From Octopus bimaculoides (Eukaryota): a stretch of 37,187 nucleotides of DNA. Position numbers and translations under genes: made by a program. The notes under the pieces are model-generated. The model saw only the letters and a list, made by a program, of their open reading frames with translations. It did no database searches and was not told the origin of the DNA. The stretch covers positions 32,223,074-32,260,260 of the forward strand of contig NC_069005.1 in assembly GCF_001194135.2 (NCBI RefSeq). Reading direction: 5' to 3'. Below, piece by piece: positions 25,406 to 35,824 of the stretch (its first letter is position 1; every line of letters starts with the position of its first letter).

Positions 25406-26448
25406 TAAAGTCAGGGAATGCACACCTGTGCAGGTGTCCCAAAATTCTCATTTATAGAACAAATTAGATTCGTAGATACGTGTTCTGCATTGTCGTCGCA
25501 TTTTTTTGTTTTTCCCTGAGCTAAAATTGTACGTGCCAAGTGAGCCATGAAATGCTATGAGTGATTAGCAAGTTCATGAATATAATTTTCCATCATGTAC
25601 TTCGACTTATTTAGCTCAACCATCGATCCCATATAATCACGTTCGCTCAGTCTTTTCCACGGCATTCGTTGTTGAAACCATTGAAAAAAAAAATCACTAT
25701 TTTAGCTCGGAAAAAGTCACATTTTATTTAAATACCAACAATTAAAATGATACAAAATATAATTTTAAATCAGTTTATGAGTTACAGTACGTGACTTATA
25801 CACAATGTATGTTTGATGGCATTACACCAATGTAAAAAAATCCTTCTATTAAATTCCTTAAGCTGAAGTAAGACATCGACAGTCATTTACTGACCATACA
25901 TGAGACGTACAGATTTAAAAACCCTTCATAGTATCGTGGATATTCAATATCTTTAATGTCGATACCACGGGTAAACTTGCCACAGTCTTGTGGTTCTCCC
26001 GTCGAGCAGCACAAATGGAATGTTCTTATAGCTGCACATCGCGTTAGCCAACTCTTATTTGATGTCCGTTACCAACATCATTCTGCTGTCCGGTGACATT
26101 TTTTTTTGGAGACTTTTTCCTAGATTCGTCATTTCGGTTGCTATTTCTGCTACAACTAAGACTTCACCTGCATGTACGATAAACGTGGGTGTAGCATCAT
26201 TCATTTACAGTGTTAATGAAATAATTTATTTATTTATATTTCAGTTTCTTTTGTTTCCTCTTTCACTGGTCGGTCTTTCGTGTATGGACACAAAATGGCG
26301 GACATCGAGATGAAAGCAAGTAGAATGACAGTACGGAAAAGAAAAACGTTAACAAATCACCAATAAAATGTAACTGAAAGTCACGCAGCATCATTCTTTG
26401 TCATACACACATCGTTAGGTTCTTTGTTTGTTTGTGTGTGTGTAAACA

Positions 26449-27165
26449 CAGAGGGTGGCGCACGGAAAAAGTAGCCCGGGTTCGGCAGCATAGTGTAAAT
26501 ACAGAAATTAATTTATACACTTGAAAAAGCTCCCAGCCTTTTGTTTGCAAATGTCATTGTATTATTTCGACCACTTGTAACAGCTATTCAGAAGCCATGT
26601 GCAGTAATTTACTCGTTTGCACCTGTCACCCACTTTTAATTACTGTACACACGTGAAATGATATGGCTTCAACTTTAAGCTTTTCAACACTCGTTGGCAT
26701 GACCTCCTGCTTATGTGAGACTGATGCACCAATTAATGTGTGGATTTCTTTGGACTTGGAGTAATCCTTTGGCGAATGTCTCTCAATAGCTTCCTGCGGT
26801 CGAACTGTAGGGTCTCTTTGTTTTGGGACATTGTAGACAGACCCTGTAACGTGTCACTTCTTAACTAACATCTCTATCGTTCTCTTTGCCGGTAAGCCTT
26901 TACCCGGAAACTTGACTTCAAAAATTTCACACATTTGCTTAACAGAACTCATTCTCACACATACTTCCGCAATCTTCACTCCTTCTGCTATTGAGTACGT
27001 CTTGATGCAGAAAAGGCCAGATATGTTCATTCGATTGCAATCTTGCTATCAGCTAATGTGGTGAGGATGCAAGCAGTCGACTATAATGCGTCATCTTGGT
27101 TCAGCAGTTACAAGCAGTTGAAATAACACAAAAGCCATTTGCAAACAAAAGGCTGGGTGCTTTTT
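26449..27165 (-). mobile_element. Internally deleted Tc1/mariner-superfamily element (DUF4817-like HTH N-terminus) with long TIRs
   Basis: Minus-strand translation from 27006: (I)KTYSIAEGVKIAEVCVRMSSVKQMCEIFEVKFPGKGLPAKRTIEMLVKK*HVTGSV..VPKQRDPTVR...SPKKSTH*LVHQSHISRRSCQRVLKSLKLKPYHFTCVQ*LKVGDRCKRVNYCTWLLN. Inverted repeats at about 26525-26585 and 27103-27165. The left end CAGAGGGTGGCGCACGGAAAAA is ITm-TIR-like. The right TIR is cut by a SINE. Confidence 0.8.
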
Positions 27166-27171
27166 CGTGTG

Positions 27172-27302
27172 TGCAAAAGAGACCGACAGAATAAGTACTA
27201 GGCTTACAAAGAATAAGTCCTGGCGTCGATTTGCTCGACTAAAAGGCGGTACTCCAGCATGGCCGCAGCCAAATGACTGAAACAAGTAAAAGAGTAAAAG
27301 AC
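27172..27302 (+). mobile_element. SINE family A 3' part inserted into the transposon TIR
   Basis: GCAAAAGAGACCGACAGAATAAGTACTAGGCTTACAAAGAATAAGTCC…GACTGAAACAAGTAAAAGAGTAAAAG. Confidence 0.85.
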
Positions 27303-28428
27303 AAGACAAACTTTTAATAAAACGACTGAAACATTTTTGTATGTCACATATAAAAGTTATGACATAAATTGCGTTGCGATTGCGTACACAAGTCATTAAG
27401 TTATCCGCTAGTTAGTATTAGCAACTAAAATACGGGGTGCGGCAGAAAAAGATCTTTCAGATTCCCATTCTTCATAAACGTTTCAAGAGGAAACAAGTTC
27501 TATATATCAAAGAAACGCATTTTCAGCAATTAAAAATAAAATGGTAAACCATTAGCAACAAGAAAACGACATTATTACCTGCCTAACACCTGTAATGTCA
27601 GAGCAATCGCTGTGCAGAATATGGGAGCTTTTTCTGTCTCGCTCTGTATTTGTTTTATTCATGAAGCAATGAATTTGAATGAGATATGAATTTTTGGGTC
27701 AGCCACATACAAAGTCATTATTGTATAAATTACGCAGGAAAGTCTTAATTTGTCAGTTAATGAGCGACTTTTGTTTTAATTAACATAGCAACTTTTTTTT
27801 TTTCAAAATTAAGTGTGTCATTTTGTTTGCTTGAGTCTTTTTAGTCGAAGAAATCGACCCCAGGTTTTATTGTTTTTTTTTTTTACCTTTTCTTAAAGTT
27901 TGGTTATTTTCATACGTACATACGTCACGTCACAAGGTTTTGGTCGGCCCAAGGCTTATAGTAGAAAACACTTGCCCAAGGTGTCGCGCAGCCAACTTCT
28001 TATCACACAGCCAACTTGCACCCAAGGCCATGTATATAGACAGATGTAAACACCTTATCTGTACACACAATATTTCAGTCAGAAATAGAGGGATGAGCTG
28101 AACTAGTTTCAGCCCAGTGTTGGAACTTCATAAATAACTGGACAGCCCTGTTCGACCCATCAGCGAAGGAACTGCTTATAAAAACCATCATTGCCGAAAG
28201 CCGAAGTAAAGTGGATAGATCAATTTGCATATATCACACATTATTGACAACTAGCTGCATCGATAAATTACTGTTGCGTTAACTATGTTTTATTCCAATG
28301 TTATTCTATTGTACTGCAGTATATATATATATCTATAGATTTTTTAAAAAACCAACGCTGTGTGTAGGCGACACATGCAAGCATCTACCTTGTCTTTTTT
28401 CCTGGCCAAAATAATGAATTTTTTTCTG

Positions 28429-28481
<53 letters not shown>

Positions 28482-28686
28482 TGTGTTCTTGTCCCATTCT
28501 GTATTATATATATATATATGCATGTAAATGTACGTGGGTGTTTTGAAAAGTTCCTGAGTTTTGGGGTGTCGCGAAAAGCCAATTATATATATTATAATGG
28601 TATAATTACTATGAAGCATTGTGTAGAATATATTGTATAAGGGATCGTGGGTAAGGCCAGAACAATGCAAAGTAAATGTGCAAGGT

Positions 28687-28833
28687 AAATCCCAAGAAAA
28701 CAAATATGTGAATTAATGTAGACTTACCTTGCATTCAATATTTCGGGGTTATGAACCCATTTTCAAGAAACTGGCGAAATATTGAATGCAAGGTAAGTCC
28801 ACACTAATTCACATATTCGTTTTCTTGGAATTT
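28687..28833. repeat. Inverted repeat: 59-bp arms (55/59), 29-nt spacer
   Basis: Arms are 28687-28745 and 28775-28833, and the inner 25 bp are perfect. The spacer contains GGGTT-ATG-AACCC. Confidence 0.95.
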
Positions 28834-28837
28834 CAGA

Positions 28838-28983
28838 GTTTTCGTCCACCAAATCCACTCACAGGGTATTGGTCGGTTCAGGACTATAACAGAAGGCTCA
28901 TGGCCAAGGTATCGCGCATCGGAACGGAACGCAAAACCACCTGCTTGCAAAACTAGCTTCTTCACCATACAGCCACGACTGTG
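28838..28983 (-). mobile_element. SINE family A 5' half, diverged
   Basis: TTTCGTCCACCAAATCCACTCACAGGG..TTGGTCGG…CCAAGGT…CCATACAGCCAC. Confidence 0.75.
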
Positions 28984-29287
28984 TCTGAAAAAAAAAAAAA
29001 AAATTCACCCGGAAAGTTAAAAATGACGAGTAAAATTGATAACCATAAAGTGAATCTTGATAAGAATAAATTCTTTTATTGCTAAACCAAGACGGAAAAT
29101 AGCACCCAAGACTTCTTACAGGAACTTCTACGACTACAACTAGAAGGGAGAGAGGTATCCATAAATGGGTTAATTGACTCGAATGTTTACAACTGAGGGG
29201 GCTGCTCTAAAGACACTTAAGGACCAGGTGGTGTGGTTAAGCAGGGCGATGATGTGTTAATTTTAATAGGGCAAGAAGAAAATAAAC

Positions 29288-29815
29288 AGGCTGTATGGTA
29301 AGAGGTTTATTTCCCCACCACATGGTTCCAGGTTCAATCCTATTGCATGGCACCTTGGGCAAGTGTCTTCTATTATAGCATCCGGAAATTTAGTGGCAGC
29401 CCTTTTCTACTGCAATACCAGGCCAACCCGTGGCAAAGGCGGAGCAAGCCCCTAACTCTTCGCCTCGTTCTAAAAATCAATTTAACATCGATGGTCCCTA
29501 AATAGGGACCGTATCAGATATTAAGCTGATAAGAACAAATACTACACTTTGATCTTAGCCGGAAGTCCGAAAAAAGTATGATGCATGTATGTATGTATGT
29601 GTGTGTGTGTGTGTCTTTGTGTATGTGTTTGCCCCTCCTCCACCGACCACTTGACAGCCGATGTTAGTTTGCTTACATCCCCGTAACTTAGCGGCTCTGC
29701 AAAAAAAGAGACCGATAGAATAAGTAACAGGCTTAAAAAAATATTGGGGTCAATTCATTCGACTAAACCCCTTCAAGTTGGTGCCCCAGCATGGCCGCAG
29801 TCCAATGACTGAAAT
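29288..29815 (+). mobile_element. SINE family A interrupted by the U2 copy
   Basis: The head (29288-29385) matches the family up to CTATTATAGCATCCGG. The microsatellite and tail resume at about 29580 and run to ATGACTGAAA at about 29815. Confidence 0.85.
29387..29579 (-). ncRNA. U2: U2 spliceosomal snRNA copy, near full length, probably a pseudogene
   Basis: The minus strand reads ...CGGACTTCCGGCTAAGATCAAAGTGTAGTATTTGTTCTTATCAGCTTAATATCTGATACGGTCCCTATTTAGGGACC...GATTTTTAGA...GGGGCTTGCTCC...CCTGGTATTGCAGTA. The branch-point recognition GUAGUA, stem IIa, stem IIb and loop IV AUUGCAG are intact. Stem I (canonical CGGCCUUUUGGCU) is mutated, the Sm site reads AUUUUUA instead of AUUUUUG, and stem IV pairs poorly. 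The upstream flank is SINE microsatellite rather than an snRNA promoter. Confidence 0.92.
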
Positions 29816-29871
29816 ATAAATCGTAAGAATTGAAATATGTTAATGAGTCGGGTAGTGGAATGAAGCTTGTT

Positions 29872-30243
29872 ATTCTCTTACTGGTTTCAGTCCTTAGACC
29901 GCGGCCATGCTGGGGCACTGCATTGAAGAGTCTTTTAGTCAAATGAATCGACCCCAGTCTATAAGCCCGGTACGTATTCTATCGGACTCTGTTACCCAAC
30001 TGCTAAGTTACAGGAACGTAAACACACCAGTTGTCAACCAGTGGTGGGGGACATAAACACAACGACATACACACACACGATGGGCTTCTTTCAGTTTCCG
30101 TCTATCAAATCCACTCACAAGGCTTTGGTCGGCCCGAAGCTATCGCAGAAGACACTTGTCGAAAGTGTCGCGCAGTGGAGTTTAAACCTAGAATCATGCG
30201 GTTGCGAAGCAAGTTACTTACCACACAGCCATGCCCGCGCCTA
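29872..30243 (-). mobile_element. SINE family A, complete copy, tail-to-tail with the previous one
   Basis: TTTCAGTC..GACCGCGGCCATGCTGGGGCAC…GTAAACACACCAG.TTGTCAA…TTTCAGTTTCCGTCTATCAAATCCACTCACAAGGC…CCACACAGCCATG. Confidence 0.88.
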
Positions 30244-30759
30244 AATTGATAAAAATTAAGCTGGTTTTTTTCATTTTATTTTTAATTTTTGTAATTTTTA
30301 ATAAAAGTGTTAATTACGTAATTATAGTTTTGCAACTTTCAGAATTTTTCTGCTGCCAGGATATTGTAGTAAAGGTACTTGAAATTGTTATCTNNNNNNN
30401 NNNNNNNNNNNNNNNNNNNNNNNNNNNNNNNNNNNNNNNNNNNNNNNNNNNNNNNNNNNNNNNNNNNNNNNNNNNNNNNNNNNNNNNNNNNNNNNNNNNN
30501 NNNNNNNNNNNNNNNNNNNNNNNNNNNNNNNNNNNNNNNNNNNNNNNNNNNNNNNNNNNNNNNNNNNNNNNNNNNNNNNNNNNNNNNNNNNNNNNNNNNN
30601 NNNNNNNNNNNNNNNNNNNNNNNNNNNNNNNNNNNNNNNNNNNNNNNNNNNNNNNNNNNNNNNNNNNNNNNATGTATGTGTACATTCAGTAATAGGTTGA
30701 AGACATGTATGTGTATACGCGTCGATGTCTGTGTGTATGTTTATTATCATAAACGGCCA

Positions 30760-31154
30760 TTTTGACTGACTTGCCAAAGCTCTAGAAGCTCTCCCTCAGC
30801 TCGAACCAGCGAGACTTCAGTGTCTAAAAAAATAACAAAAAAAAACAACAGTAAAAATATACAACGTGATTTTTTTTTCCATTCTTTCTTCTCCTTCACA
30901 ATATTCCTAAGGAAGAATTTCAGTTGACAGCGGTTTGACAAAAACAAAAAAAACCCCCCCACCACCATCACCATCAACAATAACCCCCCTCCCTCCATAA
31001 GAACAACATAGTAGTTCAGTTTCTTCCCCAATTCTTCTTTCTCTTCCTCTTCATCAGTTTGTGAGGAGGAAAAAAGTGAGAGAGAAAGAGTGGAAGCGAG
31101 AGAGGACTCTGTTAAATATCTCTTTAAGAGTTTGAATGAATGGGAACTAGGAAA
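30760..31154 (+). promoter_or_regulatory. Probable 5' UTR / core-promoter region of the signal-peptide gene
   Basis: Repeat-free sequence directly upstream of the ATG. It has TCAGTT initiator-like words near 30921 and 31052, GGCCATTTT near 30755, and a 4-codon uORF (ATG AAT GGG AAC TAG, 31136-31150). The TSS cannot be located from sequence alone. Confidence 0.35.
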
Positions 31155-31239
31155 ATGGCCAGAAAAGTCTCCTTGCTCACCGCCGGACTATTGTTGACAA
31201 TAATAATTCACCTGTGCGGGCTAACTAATGCAATCTCAG
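31155..31239 (+). CDS. First coding exon (signal peptide) of an unidentified secreted or single-pass membrane protein: MARKVSLLTAGLLLTIIIHLCGLTNAIS plus a phase-1 intron
   Basis: gaaaATGG has A at -3 and G at +4. The 28 codons give a basic n-region (RK), a hydrophobic h-region (LLTAGLLLTIIIHL) and a T-N-A -3/-1 cleavage pattern. The exon ends at a consensus donor CAG|GTAAGT (GT at 31240-31241). An in-frame upstream ATG at 31140 (weaker context) would add MGTRK. No convincing second exon was found in the window. Confidence 0.72.
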
Positions 31240-32569
31240 GTAAGTTGGCCTTTTTTTAAATAAAAAAAAATATACACATATATATTCGTAATTTATATAT
31301 GTATATATATATACAACTATATACATATGTATATATATTTCCTCAGTCGTCTATTTAATGTCTAACAACTAACTCTTCCTCTTTCATTTTTATGCTTTTT
31401 ACCTTAGTGTTAATATAATCATGATTTATCAAGTGGTTGTCTGTCTGTATAATATATATATATATTGTCTGTGTTTTGTGAGGTTGTGTTTTTTTGTTGC
31501 TGGGGTGAGGGTGAAAAAAAATTTGTGGTTTGTTATATGCCATCATCATTATTATTATTATTATTTCTAATTAAGGTTTTGTTTATCAATACAAAATTTA
31601 AAAGAGGTAAAAGAAATTAATAAATTCATTTTTATTTGTTTCTCTGAATAAATAATTAACTGTCGGCATAATTTTCTTTCATACATCTACATGTTTATCT
31701 TAATCTTTAATAAATGTATATACTGTATCGATGGCCATTATATATATATATATATATATTGTGTGTATGTATATTATTCAAATATATGCATACATAGCTA
31801 TGGACATCATCTCCTATATATGTATATATAATACATGATTTCCTAAATATATATATATATATACATGTACAGAGCCATGGATACTTTCGTTCAAACACAG
31901 AACACACTCATACATATATTATATATGTGTGTATATATACATACATGTATGTATGTATATACAATGTGTGTCTGTAGTGTTTATTTGTAAATGTAATGTC
32001 TCCTTTTGTCGACACCCTTCTGTTGAATAAAGAAAACCGATGGTTTCATTACTAATGTTCGAACGAAATATATGTGATCAGGAGGGGACAGACGAAAGAA
32101 CAGAGAGGAAAAAAAATAAATGTTAGAAATGAAACTAAGATGGTAAATGTAAAGTCGCAATACGGCTTTTTTGGTCATAGTCTTGATGGTGGAATGATGC
32201 CATTCATTGCAAGGTGGTTGCTACTGGTCGTTGTTTTCTTGTGTTGCTTGTCCACTTCTCTCTCACCTGCTTGGCCTCATTCCTTATCCTACCTTTTATA
32301 TTTGCATATATATATATATGTATGTATATATATGTATAATGTCGTTTCGTTATGTGTGCATAGTTTAGCTATCAGACGAATCATTGCATGCCCAATTATT
32401 TTCTACCTATGATGTTTGTGTATATAATATGTGTGTGCGCGTGTGTATATAGAGTGTTCCGTAGATACATGTAAAAACTATCAACCATCATTACATGCAC
32501 GAACATATATATATATATGAGCGTGTGTGTGTATGATCGAACAGGCTTAAAGACAATCTCTCTTTCTCG

Positions 32570-32606
<37 letters not shown>

Positions 32607-35600
32607 GTGTGTGTGCGCAAGCCGATTATCAGGTGTGTATATATATATGTGTGTGTGTGAATAGCAACAATCGAATATGACTGTTGAAAATTTTGATGTG
32701 AAATGCAATCGACATCTCAGGTGTGTGTATGTATATATAATTATATATATATATATAAGGAGAGAGAGAGAGAGAGTCTTACCCTCATATGTACACAGTT
32801 TTTCAGGTAAATGATGTATATGAATGTGTACGAAGGAGCATTTACAATTAATTGATCTTTTAACGATTATCGAGAGAAATCAAACAAATTTTAAAATTTT
32901 TCCTCGGTGCTAATCAATTTGCAAGTTCCCTGTTTTTTTCCTATTTTTTTTTTTTTAAATTCGATATTTCTAAACGGAAATCATTAAATAAAAGATTAAT
33001 TTTTCCCANNNNNNNNNNNNNNNNNNNNNNNNNNNNNNNNNNNNNNNNNNNNNNNNNNNNNNNNNNNNNNNNNNNNNNNNNNNNNNNNNNNNNNNNNNNN
33101 NNNNNNNNNNNNNNNNNNNNNNNNNNNNNNNNNNNNNNNNNNNNNNNNNNNNNNNNNNNNNNNNNNNNNNNNNNNNNNNNNNNNNNNNNNNNNNNNNNNN
33201 NNNNNNNNNNNNNNNNNNNNNNNNNNNNNNNNNNNNNNNNNNNNNNNNNNNNNNNNNNNNNNNNNNNNNNNNNNNNNNNNNNNNNNNNNNNNNNNNNNNN
33301 NNNNNNNNNNNNNNNNNNNNNNNNNNNNNNNNNNNNNNNNNNNNNNNNNNNNNNNNNNNNNNNNNNNNNNNNNNNNNNNNNCTGCAAACACAGATTCGGA
33401 ACCAAATTACTTTATTTCAAGGTGCGTGTTGATAATAATGTGATCGATTTAAATCGAACCATAACATATTACTGCTGTTTTTTCTTTTTATCGATTCTGT
33501 TTAAATGTAATCAATAAAGTTATAAGGTAAAAAAAGAAATTTAGTCTTAATCCCCGGCGACATTTTAACTAGGAAGCCAAATTTTAGGTGTTCAATTATA
33601 GTGGTTTTAATTTATATATACATCACGGATTTTACCTGTCTGGGCGGTATTCAGTTATATATATATATAGAGATATATATATAGATATATATATAGATAT
33701 ATATATATATATAGAATATGCACATACACAGGTAGACATACACAATGTAAATACGTATACATATTTCATACACGCACGCATATATATATATAAATGTATT
33801 TGTATCAATGTGCGCAATGTCATGAAATTTGTTGGAATAAATCTTCCAAAGCAGGCATCACAAGCTTTTGAGATCAATTCTTCTCATAGTATATCGGCAA
33901 TTAACATTTTCAAGTTATTTATTTTTTCCTACCCTAATTGTTACGAAAACTAGCTACAGTTTAATATTTTAATGTGTGTGCGTTGGAATGTCGCCAAGAT
34001 CGACACTGGCTTTTCGTTCCTTTCTCCAAAGTCGATAAAGTACCAAGCACTCGACGGAGCGGGGTCAGGCAGTGGAATTGGCAGAAACGGTAGAGCGTCG
34101 GATGAAATTGCTTTGCGATATTTAGTTGCGTCCCTTTACATTCCGTGTTCAAACCTCGCCGAGGGTGGTGGTTCTAGCTCGCCTGTTGTACTTCTAGGAT
34201 TCGAAAACAGAAAGCATCAGTGAAACACTGACGCATCGATTTTTATGCATCGTTGATGTGAAAGGAATAGCAATATATATATATGTATGTATGTATGTAT
34301 ATATATATGTATGTATATATAGTTCCTTCAAACTGTGTGGCCTTGTGCCTCTGTACGTTAGCAATTAAATTTATTGATTCGATTTGCAAACCTGTAAAAT
34401 AAATGGAAATGTGACCTTTATAAAAACGATGCATATTTAAACCCCTGTCTTCTCGCGTGTGTTTGTGTGATCATTTCCTAAGGTGTGCATATATGTCGTT
34501 GGAAATAATAATAAAAAAGGAGGCACCTGAATACGATGGAAGAATAGACCGATCGAAATGCAGTGTGCGTAGTAGGAAGGCCAATAAATATGAGAGCCGT
34601 TTTAACAGCGCACTGAAGCACCTGTTGTTGCTGCTTCAAATAACGCACTTGTCTGTGAATTGCACTCACTTCCTTGGAAGGGATGGTCGTTGCCCTGGGT
34701 TTGTCCCACCTGTAGAGCTTAGCCTAGAGTTCGCCTACAAGAACAAACATAAACACATCTGGGTAGGTGGGTTGTAGAATATTTGGTGTTTTATTTTTTT
34801 CCCTCTGCATTCTGAGTTCAAATCTTGACAGGTTTTGCCTTGAATTCTTTTTATCATTCCTGGGCCAATAAAATAACTATTTATCTAGACAACAGTGTTA
34901 TATAGTACACTACATCTCTCCTTTTGCCCTCAGGATATTAAGTATTTGATCTTGTACTTAACTGAAAACAAATCCTACACATATCATTCACTAATCATTC
35001 ACTATTTTCCCTCAAATTATGATATATAAAGGTCGGATGTGTGTGTACGTGCACACGCACACATAAAACAATGCTGATTGGAAATAGAATATATTTTTTC
35101 GGGGTATTATTTTTGTTTTTGCCTTTTAACATATGTGTGTGCGTGTATTACATGTGTAATGGTGTAGCTTGGTTGGTCTTAATAACATCCATTATTATCG
35201 TTTCGGTATAAATAAATCATCGCAATGGCGTTGTATTTTTTTTATAAATTATGAATGTATAACAATAATAATAATAAAAAAGAGAGGGAAAATATAACTG
35301 CTGCAGCAACAACCACCACAACAAAAATAGTATTGCAGATATTCAAGATTCACATCGGAAATTATATAAAATTAGGCCATTATAGGAGAATTTCCAGGTA
35401 TTAATAATAATATACTATGAAAAAAAAAAAAAAATTAAATAAAATCATTTTTTGCTTATATCAGTATATTATTATTGTTGTTATTTTATTATTTTTTTAT
35501 ATATATATCTGTCCAATTATTGAGATATAATTAATTTGAACGCAGCAAAAAAACAAAACAAAAAAAATCGAAGAAAGAAGGATAAAAACGAAAGGAACAA

Positions 35601-35782
35601 GCATATTTCGTTCGTTATATGGTTATGGTGGTTGTACGTATATCGATTTTTATAATTGATTTTTATTTTATTTTTAAAAAATATTATTTGACATTTTAAC
35701 GTTTTTTGATCAGTACACACGCGCACATACACACAGCAAGAACAACAACACATAAAGAGAGAAAATACACACTCACTCCTAA

Positions 35783-35824
<42 letters not shown>

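Noticed and set aside
25422-25437. Palindromic double E-box ACACCTG-TG-CAGGTGT
   Set aside because: It sits at the edge of transposon-derived sequence and is too short to support a regulatory claim.
29387-29579. U2 as the target of Utopia/Keno U2-specific retrotransposons
   Set aside because: The U2 sequence is uninterrupted and has no adjacent RT or endonuclease sequence.
2780-30243. SINE heads as tRNA genes
   Set aside because: Only A/B-box-like remnants are present. They are fused to SINE bodies, and no full cloverleaf is evident.
32074-32412. 112-aa ORF containing a signal-peptide-like MMPFIARWLLLVVVFLCCLS
   Set aside because: It lacks a splice donor, runs into (TA)n, and hydrophobic runs are common by chance in T-rich DNA.
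34457-34777. 106-aa ORF as exon 2 of the signal-peptide gene
   Set aside because: No recognisable domain. The best nearby acceptor (CCTAAG|) gives an early stop in phase 1.
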